64,000 nucleotides of DNA from a virus, in IMG/VR virus record IMGVR_UViG_3300027736_000027, positions 1-64,000 of that record; one strand, written 5' to 3'. Below, one piece after another: positions 28,337 to 36,054 of this stretch. Every line of letters starts with the position of its first letter. The stretch's first letter is position 1. The position numbers were made by a program, and so were the translations under genes. The notes under the pieces were generated by a model. That model was not told the DNA's origin. It worked only from the letters and a program-made list of their open reading frames with translations, and made no database searches.

Positions 28337-28600
28337 TTATAAGACCTTTTTTAATTTAATTCCTTTATTAAATTTAGCGGTATCTAATAAATCGTAAGTA
28401 GTATATACTTTACCATTTATATTTAAAAAAGCCAATCCATTGTCTTCGTCGTATTCAACAACTTTAACAACATCTCCTTTCTTAAGCTTGTATATTTTAC
28501 CTCCAATTTCAGCATCAACTTCTAACGACTGTGTCATTACATAAGTCGACATTGCTGGCTTAATTTTAGATTCTTTAAGTGGTGTATATTGTTTGGGCAT
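28337..28600 (-). CDS. Hypothetical protein (possible SH3-like beta barrel)
   Basis: LKKGDVVKVVEYD. Confidence 0.65.
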   Translation of the reverse strand: MPKQYTPLKESKIKPAMSTYVMTQSLEVDAEIGGKIYKLKKGDVVKVVEYDEDNGLAFLNINGKVYTTYDLLDTAKFNKGIKLKKVL

Positions 28601-28611
28601 GGTTAAAGTTT

Positions 28612-28917
28612 TTAGGAGTTGGTTAAGTATGGACCTGGACTAAATTCTCTGCTCTCGGTTTCGTAGTAGTTGACGGCAGACGTCTTTAATTTCGCTTTAT
28701 CTTTTCGCAATGACTCACCAAGGCTCTGCACCGCACTGGTAATATCTGAGCCGCGCATGACATCATAGCCGTCTCGATGCTCGTTGTGGGTATTTTCATA
28801 GGTGACCGCTGCTTGTAGCTTTGCATAGTTGCGCTTCTTTAGCAGTTTTTGCCAAAAGGCTAGGTCTGCTGCTTGGATCGCTAGACCCTGTTTTACTGTG
28901 AATTCTTTTTTTGACAT
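28612..28917 (-). CDS. Hypothetical protein
   Basis: 101 aa. Confidence 0.65.
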   Translation of the reverse strand: MSKKEFTVKQGLAIQAADLAFWQKLLKKRNYAKLQAAVTYENTHNEHRDGYDVMRGSDITSAVQSLGESLRKDKAKLKTSAVNYYETESREFSPGPYLTNS

Positions 28918-28968
28918 AGTTGATCAGGTTTAGGTATTGGTTAAGGTTAATATACTATATACTCGGGA

Positions 28969-29154
28969 CTAGGGAGTCGTCTGGTTATTGAGTTTAGAGA
29001 CTCGTTGCCAAAACTCGTTAAATCCGGGTTGGTTGTCGGGTATCACTGAGCTCTGTAGCCGTGGACCAGTGCCGTACTCTAAGTTTACTGGGGTTCCAGC
29101 CGTCTCGACCTGGCCGAGTAGGCTCTTAATAAAGGTTGCAATCTGCTTCTTCAT
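28969..29154 (-). CDS. Hypothetical protein
   Basis: 61 aa; stop codon lies inside an ACTAGGGAGT site. Confidence 0.65.
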   Translation of the reverse strand: MKKQIATFIKSLLGQVETAGTPVNLEYGTGPRLQSSVIPDNQPGFNEFWQRVSKLNNQTTP

Positions 29155-29156
29155 GG

Positions 29157-29372
29157 TTATCGGGTTTTTGGGATAAGATGGATTAATGAGTTAACCAGTA
29201 ATTGTGGATCCTCGTCATAGCGGCCGTGCACCCAGGAATTTACATAGCTCTTTAGTTCTTTTGAGTTGCGGGTAGTTATACCTGAAGCCTCGGCTGCCTG
29301 GACTGTCTCGGCTGGGATCTTGCACCAGGTCTGCATTTCCAGAAGCATTGATGATAGTGTGGTAGTTGGCAT
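29157..29372 (-). CDS. Hypothetical early protein
   Basis: Start re-called to MPTTTL after cassette. Confidence 0.65.
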   Translation of the reverse strand: MPTTTLSSMLLEMQTWCKIPAETVQAAEASGITTRNSKELKSYVNSWVHGRYDEDPQLLVNSLIHLIPKTR

Positions 29373-29460
29373 CGTTAGTTGGGTTAGTTGGTTGGTTAAA
29401 TATAAGTATAATTTTTGACACAAAAAAATAAAGTTATTAACAGTTCGGGACTAGGGAGAC

Positions 29461-29622
29461 CTACCTGTTAAATGCCTTGGCCTCGGCTATCATTTCTTTT
29501 GCCTGTTCTTTTACAGATTTAATATCTGCATGTGGAGCTCGTGCCTTAAAATAGCTAACGACTTCGGATACTTTCATTTTGCCTGACTCGGCAATCATTT
29601 CTCTAATTTGATTAATTGTCAT
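29461..29622 (-). CDS. Small hypothetical protein (53 aa)
   Basis: Read manually: MTINQIREMIAESGKMKVSEVVSYFKARAP...; behind cassette. Confidence 0.65.
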   Translation of the reverse strand: MTINQIREMIAESGKMKVSEVVSYFKARAPHADIKSVKEQAKEMIAEAKAFNR

Positions 29623-29719
29623 GGTTAATTGGGTCTAAGGGGTTAGTTAAATATAAGTATAATTTTTGACACGGAAAAATAAAGTTATAGACAATATCAC
29701 TAGGGAGTAGTTGCGGACC

Positions 29720-30232
29720 CTATACCCCGATTGGGGTAAAGGTCTCGGCAAAGTCTACGGTTGTCATTGCAGCTTTTACTCGCTCCAGACAAACCGGTCC
29801 CATTGCAGTATTGATACTTTCAGGATGGGTTAATGGCAAGCCACATTTGCAGCAGGTCCCATTATGGAATAGACCAACTCGGGTTCCTAAAATAGCTGGG
29901 TTCTTGATGGCGGCTACCACCCAGCCCAGAGCCTGTGCCAGTCGCGAGTTTGGTGTAACACCTTTACCCAACTTGTAGGTTAAGGACTCGGAAAAAACAG
30001 TACCGGCAAACTGATGTCCGCTACGTCCGTCAGCCAAGAGGGAGATATTGACGTAGTAAATGGGCAGCATTTTCTTGCGATCCTGCTTGTCGCGTAACTG
30101 CTTGATCCGCACGTTCATGTGGGTAAGTTGCTCATTATTGCGGAAGGTGATATTGGCTCTTCCGGCAAGTGCCAAGGTCGGTAGCGACTTTGGATTAAGG
30201 TTTGGGCGAGCTGCCCGGATTTGGGTCGACAT
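29720..30232 (-). CDS. DUF6011-like Zn-binding protein
   Basis: HNGTCCKCGLPLTHPESINTAMGPVC. Confidence 0.75.
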   Translation of the reverse strand: MSTQIRAARPNLNPKSLPTLALAGRANITFRNNEQLTHMNVRIKQLRDKQDRKKMLPIYYVNISLLADGRSGHQFAGTVFSESLTYKLGKGVTPNSRLAQALGWVVAAIKNPAILGTRVGLFHNGTCCKCGLPLTHPESINTAMGPVCLERVKAAMTTVDFAETFTPIGV

Positions 30233-30384
30233 AGGTAGTTGAGTTAATTGGTTGGTTAAATATAAGCATTATATTTGACACTAAAAAATTTATTTTCATA
30301 AAGTTATTAACAAAGTTATAAACAGGCCAGACTGTAGTGCAGGTCGGAGTCTACCCTCTGCGATCCCGGCCAGGAATCGAACCT

Positions 30385-30407
30385 AAAAAAACCGGGCGAA
30401 CCCGGTT
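30385..30407 (-). terminator. Intrinsic terminator
   Basis: AACCGGG-TTCG-CCCGGT + T-run on minus strand (UUCG loop). Confidence 0.85.
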
Positions 30408-30425
30408 CTGATAGTGGGTTGAGGT

Positions 30426-30569
30426 TTAGAACTCGAACGCGGCCGTTGAGGTATTGCTACCCGCTACCGCATTTATGATTACGACCGCGATTCCAATAAT
30501 TGCGATTCCAGCTAGACACACGGTCCAGGTTTGCAGTGCACGTAGTGCGATCATTTCAGTTTTGCTCAT
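30426..30569 (-). CDS. Small membrane protein (47 aa)
   Basis: Read manually: MSKTEMIALRALQTWTVCLAGIAIIGIAVVIINAVAG...; between cassette and terminator. Confidence 0.65.
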   Translation of the reverse strand: MSKTEMIALRALQTWTVCLAGIAIIGIAVVIINAVAGSNTSTAAFEF

Positions 30570-30649
30570 GGTTGATTTGGTTAATTGGTTTATATAGAGT
30601 AAATATAAGCAATTAGTTTGAACTAAAAAAATTTATTTTCAAGAAGTTA

Positions 30650-30880
30650 TTAACAATCCTGGCCCAACCAACTGCGTAACTTTTCTCCGAATTCCTGGTC
30701 ATTTGGATACTTAACCATGATCTCGACAACTCGGTCTAAACTCCGGGCCGGTCGGAAGCGGGCCGTTTGATAACGTTGGATTGGCCAAGGCTCTGCAGTG
30801 GATATAAAGTTTCTGGCCTGCTTGCCGAATTCAGAATCATTGTGCTGGTCTCGAGAAAGTTGTTGTAATGTGGGTAACAT
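30650..30880 (-). CDS. Hypothetical protein with duplicated NDxEFG motif
   Basis: Start re-called to MLPTLQQ; HNDSEFGKQAR / PNDQEFGEKLR. Confidence 0.65.
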   Translation of the reverse strand: MLPTLQQLSRDQHNDSEFGKQARNFISTAEPWPIQRYQTARFRPARSLDRVVEIMVKYPNDQEFGEKLRSWLGQDC

Positions 30881-30917
30881 ATGTTTTATATTTCTTTTTT
30901 TATTATTATTATTATAG

Positions 30918-31445
30918 CTATTCAAAAAATACCAGTCCATGCTGGGCTCCAAGCCGGAAGTGCACGGTCAAGACCCCCATTATCTCTAAAAAATCTTCGG
31001 CATCCGGTTGTAGTACTCCGCCCAGTGCCTGAGCCTGGTAATCAGAAAGTAGATGAGCCTTAAATATTGGAGCCAGTCTTTCTAATTCTCGAGCCAAGAC
31101 ACCGCAGGTTCGGGTACTAAATCCGCAGCCTGAATCGGTATGGTCCAGTAGTGGAGCAAGTTTATGTGGCTGCCCGGCCAGGGTTGCCGAACACAGTTCT
31201 GCACAGTACCTGCGCCAGCGGTGCCAAACACTATAGCTGCAGAGCCTGGCTCTTGACTCCTCGGAACCAGGTGTCTGGAACCAGGTTCCGGGTTTTAAAC
31301 CGTGCCAGTGCCTGGCTGAGTGCTCATCCAGGTCAAGTATCTCAACCAGCTGGCCGACTCCAATCTCTTCAACCAGCCTGAGCGCCGCCATTCGTTTATC
31401 TCGTGCCTCTATGCAGTTGCTCACTGCCCATATATCAAGTCCCAT
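30918..31445 (-). CDS. Hypothetical protein
   Basis: MGLDI...CSYSVWHRWR...LLDHTDSG; GC-rich. Confidence 0.7.
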   Translation of the reverse strand: MGLDIWAVSNCIEARDKRMAALRLVEEIGVGQLVEILDLDEHSARHWHGLKPGTWFQTPGSEESRARLCSYSVWHRWRRYCAELCSATLAGQPHKLAPLLDHTDSGCGFSTRTCGVLARELERLAPIFKAHLLSDYQAQALGGVLQPDAEDFLEIMGVLTVHFRLGAQHGLVFFE

Positions 31446-31468
31446 TTCTTATCGCTTTTTTTGATCCC

Positions 31469-31497
31469 AAAAAAGGGCCGTGCCTACAGGCCGGCCC
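31469..31497 (-). terminator. Putative intrinsic terminator
   Basis: GGGCCG...CGGCCC stem with U-tract on minus strand. Confidence 0.65.
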
Positions 31498-31524
31498 AAT
31501 CTATTAAGGTGGTGTCTGACCGGA

Positions 31525-31761
31525 TTATCCAATCAGGCTTGAGTTACGGATACGTCCGCGAGTCATATCGTATGCTCTGTTTAAGATACGACTGTTTGTG
31601 CCTAGGCCAGCTAAGACTTCGCTTGTCCAGTTTGGACTGAAACCTGTTGCTGTTGCTACTCGGCTTACATCACCGTGACGTTTTCTCGAAGCGACTACTG
31701 CTAACTTTGCACCTGTGCTTAACTTGCGGTATTTCATACCGATTTTGCTTGCATTTTTCAT
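31525..31761 (-). CDS. Small basic helix-turn-helix protein
   Basis: GDVSRVATATGFSPNWTSEVLAG (Cro/Xre-like). Confidence 0.65.
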   Translation of the reverse strand: MKNASKIGMKYRKLSTGAKLAVVASRKRHGDVSRVATATGFSPNWTSEVLAGLGTNSRILNRAYDMTRGRIRNSSLIG

Positions 31762-31795
31762 TGTATATATTTTATTTTGTTTAATTATAAGGTAC

Positions 31796-32068
31796 CTAAC
31801 CTTTATCCGATTTGGCCTGCCCGGTCGGGGCGAGACTTCTGGGAATCAATAACTGAGCCAGTAGGATAAGTCCCCAGGCCTGGGCAACACTGATCTGAAT
31901 TCCACCGAATATTCCCGGTACGAGCCAGTTCCATAACCATTTTACTGGCCAGGCCAGGATAATACTTGCAACAAAGGCAACTGTTACTGTCAAGACTAGA
32001 GTAGATAGTGTTTGAGCCAGCCCGGTCTTACGGCCTGCTGAGCCTCCTAATTTAGGTAGATTTTTCAT
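31796..32068 (-). CDS. Membrane protein
   Basis: WLWNWLVPGIFG..ISVAQAWGL. Confidence 0.7.
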   Translation of the reverse strand: MKNLPKLGGSAGRKTGLAQTLSTLVLTVTVAFVASIILAWPVKWLWNWLVPGIFGGIQISVAQAWGLILLAQLLIPRSLAPTGQAKSDKG

Positions 32069-32095
32069 TGTTATATTTCTTTTTTTATATTATTA

Positions 32096-32401
32096 TTATA
32101 CCGATAAACAGTATCGGTGGCCGTACCTTGTCAACACCTCTGCCCATTCATACTCACCGTGCTCCACGGCCTGCTCAACCGTCTCTAAGAAGAGGCTACT
32201 GATTCTCGACCTTAACCAGACCCGGTACTCTGCAGCCCAAGGCTCGGTACCTATACCCCGTTCCAAGTCAACAATATATTGTCCGACTGCCCGGTCCAGT
32301 AAGAGCCAGTCGCGACCGGCGGTCTCTAACCTGATCAGCAACTCGGTCCGCATCTGGGCCAGGTCGCCTAATTCTAAATACTCATTGTAATCTGCTTTCA
32401 T
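32096..32401 (-). CDS. Hypothetical protein, UvrB/C-like C-terminal motif
   Basis: Start re-called to MKADYNE; AVEHGEYEWA. Confidence 0.6.
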   Translation of the reverse strand: MKADYNEYLELGDLAQMRTELLIRLETAGRDWLLLDRAVGQYIVDLERGIGTEPWAAEYRVWLRSRISSLFLETVEQAVEHGEYEWAEVLTRYGHRYCLSV

Positions 32402-32467
32402 ACCTATATTATATCCTACCTGCAGACTAAGTTTTAGCCCTACTCTCGACTGGCCAGCCTGCAGCCA

Positions 32468-32668
32468 GCCTACCTGGCCTGCCTGGATAGAGCCTACCTG
32501 GCCTGCCTGCCGGCAGCCTGTACCGGCTCCTGGCCAGTACCCCTGGCTAGCCCTGGCTGCTGCCTGGATAGAGCCCGGCCTGCTGCCAGGGTCACTCCTG
32601 GAGTCAATACCAGGCAGCCCTGGGACCACTCCTGGAGTCAGCCAGGGTCACTCCGGGAGGTGCCCCGG
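32468..32668. repeat. GC-rich short repeats with CCNGG phased at ~11 bp
   Basis: CCNGG at 32529, 542, 552, 563, 574, 586, 597, 610, 619, 631, 642, 653, 664; duplicated GCCTACCTGGCCTGCCTG and CACTCCTGGAGTCA. Confidence 0.85.
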
Positions 32669-32740
32669 TAGTGAACTATGCCCCTATAAAAAAAGTCTCC
32701 AGGAGCAGAACTCATGACTTTTTTATATTTTACCTGGTGC

Positions 32741-32955
32741 CCCCAGGTCCAGGAACCGTCTCAGGAGCAATTTGCCCTTTTATCGGGCTCGTGGATCTTC
32801 CCCCAGGTACGGGGACTCTTCCGGGTTAATTTGCCCTTTTATCTGGTTCGGGGATCTCCCCAGGTACGGGGCCTCTGCCTGGCTAATTTGTCCTAAGTGC
32901 TGGTTCCTGGATTCCCCCAGGTCCAGGGCCGGTTTGGAACTAAATTTAGCCAGGT
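32741..32955 (+). repeat. Four imperfect tandem units of 57-60 bp
   Basis: CCCCAGGT(A/C)C at 32741, 32801, 32858, 32915; AATTT(G/A) element at 32769, 32828, 32885, 32943. Confidence 0.85.
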
Positions 32956-32964
32956 CTGTTGCTG

Positions 32965-32972
32965 TATAAATA
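32965..32972 (+). promoter_or_regulatory. T4-type late promoter TATAAATA (representative)
   Basis: Also (T/G)ATAAATA on + at 36037, 36602, 42454, 49599, 54224, 61878 and on - at 4887, 8922, 12797, 42436, 53412, 61856. Confidence 0.7.
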
Positions 32973-32998
32973 AATTTATAAAAAAGTAGAAAAAAGTT

Positions 32999-33589
32999 AT
33001 GAAGTTTACAAAGGAACAAGTTGAAGCTGCCGTAAAGGCTAAAGGTTATGCCTGGTTTGAAGGCGCAGAGGACTATGACCTTAATATTGTAGGGGTCCGA
33101 AATGCCTCAACTGGCCAAGTTGTAACCAATGTATTTGATGACGTGCTAACCGTATCCTATAAAGTTGCCGGGGTTTGGAAATTTGAGAGCTGGCCAGCAA
33201 CAACTGACCCAGGTAAAAAAGGTGTCTTGGAATATCATAATGCGGCCGGGGTTGCCCGACTGGTTGAAGGCCAGTACCGGGGATCTCATACGATTAGATT
33301 GCATCAAGGCAAATACGAGGCTCTGGGGCAGGCCAAAAACGTAAAAGTATATCGTGACTCAAACAAGGATCTTACCTATAACGAGGATACCATCCAAGAA
33401 GGTATATTTGGAATCAATATTCATAAAGCGGGTGCCGACTCTACCTATGTTGAAAACTGGTCCGAAGGCTGTCAGGTATTTAAGAGGTCTGCTGACTTTG
33501 ACAAGTTCATGGCAATTTGTAGACTTGCAGCCTCAATCCATAAAAACTCTTTTAGCTATACCCTAATCCGGTCAACTGATATCAAATAA
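32999..33589 (+). CDS. Putative cell-wall enzyme with L,D-transpeptidase-like His/Cys motif
   Basis: LNIVGVR...TTDPG...GINIHKAG...ENWSEGCQVF (H...SxGC). Confidence 0.65.
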   Translation: MKFTKEQVEAAVKAKGYAWFEGAEDYDLNIVGVRNASTGQVVTNVFDDVLTVSYKVAGVWKFESWPATTDPGKKGVLEYHNAAGVARLVEGQYRGSHTIRLHQGKYEALGQAKNVKVYRDSNKDLTYNEDTIQEGIFGINIHKAGADSTYVENWSEGCQVFKRSADFDKFMAICRLAASIHKNSFSYTLIRSTDIK

Positions 33590-33602
33590 ACAATAAACAA
33601 CT

Positions 33603-34076
33603 ATGAAACACATTAAACTATTTGAAGGTTTCTCTAAAGAAGAGAATATGGCTAAGTCATATACATTAGAATTCCTGCCTAAATTCTGGGAGGATCTGGG
33701 TATTAAACGACCTGCTTTTGGTGCTGAGGCTGGTCATAGTCTTCTCAATAGAGACAATACTATAAAATTAACGGTAGGGAATGATCCAACTATTATTTAT
33801 AGAAGAGATACTCGTATGTATGATGATAAAGGTCGAAAGGCAGGTAGAGATGATGATAGTATATGGTATTCGATTAATTTATACAAAACTCCCAATGGCT
33901 TTATTTCCAAATCTGATAATAATATGCTAAAATATTCTCTTGATTTTCAAGAGGACAAAGATGCTAAGATAGGTGGTAATATGAATTTGATACCAATAGG
34001 TGTAGGAGAATTCGCATCAGAAGAAGTCGGTAGTATGGATAATAGGGAATTTTTTAAGATAGTAGCTGTTGACTAA
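33603..34076 (+). CDS. Hypothetical protein with MKHIKLFE leader
   Basis: Leader shared with next three genes. Confidence 0.75.
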   Translation: MKHIKLFEGFSKEENMAKSYTLEFLPKFWEDLGIKRPAFGAEAGHSLLNRDNTIKLTVGNDPTIIYRRDTRMYDDKGRKAGRDDDSIWYSINLYKTPNGFISKSDNNMLKYSLDFQEDKDAKIGGNMNLIPIGVGEFASEEVGSMDNREFFKIVAVD

Positions 34077-34089
34077 AAATAAATACAAT

Positions 34090-34560
34090 ATGAAACACAT
34101 TAAACTATTTGAAGGTTTCTCTAGAGAAGAGAATAGCTTAATATTAGAGTTTGATTATGAAAAACATAAACAAGAAGATCTAGACATAATTGATAGATTT
34201 ATTATCTCTATTAATCCAGGTACGGCTGATGTTCTTGAAGTGGAAGGACTTTTAGCAAGGACTAAACACCATAAGTTAGTATTTAAACCGTTAACCAATA
34301 CCAAGATATTTAAAAGTTCTGATTCTAGAAAACTACTCAAAGATGAGGAAATTAATTTGAATCAGGCTAGTCGAAACACAGATAACGCGGTAAACCATCT
34401 AAACACCAATATCAACAACTGGTTAGCTATCAAAACTGATTATGATAATTTAGTTCATGAAATACGGGTTGGTAAAATTATAGATGTTGCAGGATATGGA
34501 ACTTCTACTATCGGTGGTTTAAACTGTATATTTAATACTATAAAATTTGATAAAATATAA
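34090..34560 (+). CDS. Hypothetical protein with MKHIKLFE leader
   Basis: Start re-called to ATG 34090. Confidence 0.75.
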   Translation: MKHIKLFEGFSREENSLILEFDYEKHKQEDLDIIDRFIISINPGTADVLEVEGLLARTKHHKLVFKPLTNTKIFKSSDSRKLLKDEEINLNQASRNTDNAVNHLNTNINNWLAIKTDYDNLVHEIRVGKIIDVAGYGTSTIGGLNCIFNTIKFDKI

Positions 34561-34573
34561 AATAAATACAATT

Positions 34574-35155
34574 ATGAAACACATTAAACTATTTGAAGGC
34601 TTTGTTGATGATCACGAAAGAATCTATAATAAGATTAGCCATTCACCAAGTAAGATAACTATAGAGTTAACTGAAAAGGGCAAAGACCTTATAGAAGGCC
34701 TACTACACGGTTGGGTGGAATCGTCAAGACCTGCTATTCAAACCGGCGGTTATAAACCACATACTATTATAGATATCAAAGATGCGGTAACAGTCTCAGC
34801 AAGTTATGGTGATGATGATAATAGTCGTCGTACTGTAGTGATTGGTCAGATTGAAATTAGAGGTAACTATGATAGTTGGGAGGGTATCTCACCGTTAACT
34901 AAATTATTACCAGATGAAAGTGGTAAAGAATACACAACGGGGTATTTCCAAATCTTTGTTAAATATTACCCGTTAGAAGATGAAGCTAGGACAGGAGCGA
35001 GTATAAGTATTCTGCAAGGTCTTAGGGCCAGTGAGAAGGATCAATATAAAGAACTAAAGAGAGGAAAATACCCTAAATACAATTGTGACTTTGATAAGGT
35101 TGAACCCGGCGAAGTAGATGATAGAGGTTACTTTAAGATAGTAGATATAAAATAA
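34574..35155 (+). CDS. Hypothetical protein with MKHIKLFE leader
   Basis: Start re-called to ATG 34574. Confidence 0.75.
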   Translation: MKHIKLFEGFVDDHERIYNKISHSPSKITIELTEKGKDLIEGLLHGWVESSRPAIQTGGYKPHTIIDIKDAVTVSASYGDDDNSRRTVVIGQIEIRGNYDSWEGISPLTKLLPDESGKEYTTGYFQIFVKYYPLEDEARTGASISILQGLRASEKDQYKELKRGKYPKYNCDFDKVEPGEVDDRGYFKIVDIK

Positions 35156-35169
35156 AATAAAGGATAATT

Positions 35170-35949
35170 ATGAAACACATTAAACTATTTGAAAGTTTCT
35201 CTGAAGAGTCAGGGTCAAGTCCAATTGAGGATTTTTATAAAAAGTATTATCCATCATCTTTAACGGCATCGCTAGACCCAAACTCCCAAGAAGCAAAGGA
35301 TCTACTGCTATATATTGACCTAAATTTAGGTCGACTAAGATCATCCGATGACACTGAGTTTTTACAAATACAAAAGAAATCTGGCTGGGGAGATATATTT
35401 CCAACCTATACAGAAATATTGAAAACTGATGATGCAGAACTTACTAAACTGGTTGATAACATTTATAAAAATGAAATTGCAGCCGTTAAGTCAATTTATA
35501 ATAACAAAAGCGATACGCAATTAACTGAAAGTTTTGATTTATCAAATGATAGCTGGAGAAATTGGGCTATTAGTAAAACTAAAAATCTGACATATGATGA
35601 TTTAGATAGTCATGAACAATCTTTTGTTGACCAAATATCTGATTTTATTAATGATACCTATTCTTATAAATTTCAAGAGTATAATGTTAATAGATATTCT
35701 AACGCGCCGCCCGCTGGGTTTAATAAACAATTGTTAAGGGTTGAAAATGGGCTAAGCCGAAAAGATATCGTTAATTTATCTGAAGATCTTGATACACGGT
35801 TTAATAAAGATAAATTTCTAACAATAGATGAATCTGGAACTCATTTTATAAAACTCGAACAAATTCTTGGAGATTACTATAAGTTGATATTAGACCCGCT
35901 TTTTATAAAAAAATATGAAAAAGAAGCCAAAGACTTTTATCGTAACTAA
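35170..35949 (+). CDS. Hypothetical protein with MKHIKLFE leader
   Basis: 259 aa. Confidence 0.75.
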   Translation: MKHIKLFESFSEESGSSPIEDFYKKYYPSSLTASLDPNSQEAKDLLLYIDLNLGRLRSSDDTEFLQIQKKSGWGDIFPTYTEILKTDDAELTKLVDNIYKNEIAAVKSIYNNKSDTQLTESFDLSNDSWRNWAISKTKNLTYDDLDSHEQSFVDQISDFINDTYSYKFQEYNVNRYSNAPPAGFNKQLLRVENGLSRKDIVNLSEDLDTRFNKDKFLTIDESGTHFIKLEQILGDYYKLILDPLFIKKYEKEAKDFYRN

Positions 35950-36054
35950 CCCGGTTCCTGTCACCTGGCCCCTGGGCCCCCTTAAATTATTATCTGGTCC
36001 CGGCCCAAAACTTTAAGGATTCGGCGCGTATAGTTTTATAAATAACTCTATACT

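Larger units (their letters stand above)
17792..30655 (-). promoter_or_regulatory. 19 dispersed copies of an early promoter cassette: TGTTAATAACTT-(T-rich)-TGTCAAA-n-CTTATATTTA (minus strand)
   Basis: Plus-strand TAAATATA(AG/CC) starts at 17792, 18122, 18482, 18631, 19627, 22933, 23277, 24288, 24765, 25350, 26104, 26564, 26885, 27292, 28287, 29397, 29648, 30257, 30600; nearly all ~25-35 nt upstream of an ATG. Confidence 0.85.

Noticed and set aside
30359-30384. Complete tRNA gene
   Set aside because: Only a T-arm and 3' acceptor-like strand; no D or anticodon arm
17792-30655. Integron attC cassette array
   Set aside because: Repeats are promoter-like, lack the long imperfect attC hairpin, and no tyrosine integrase is present
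32402-33019. ORF extensions and short ORFs across the right-hand GC island
   Set aside because: Products merely mirror DNA repeats; treated as non-coding
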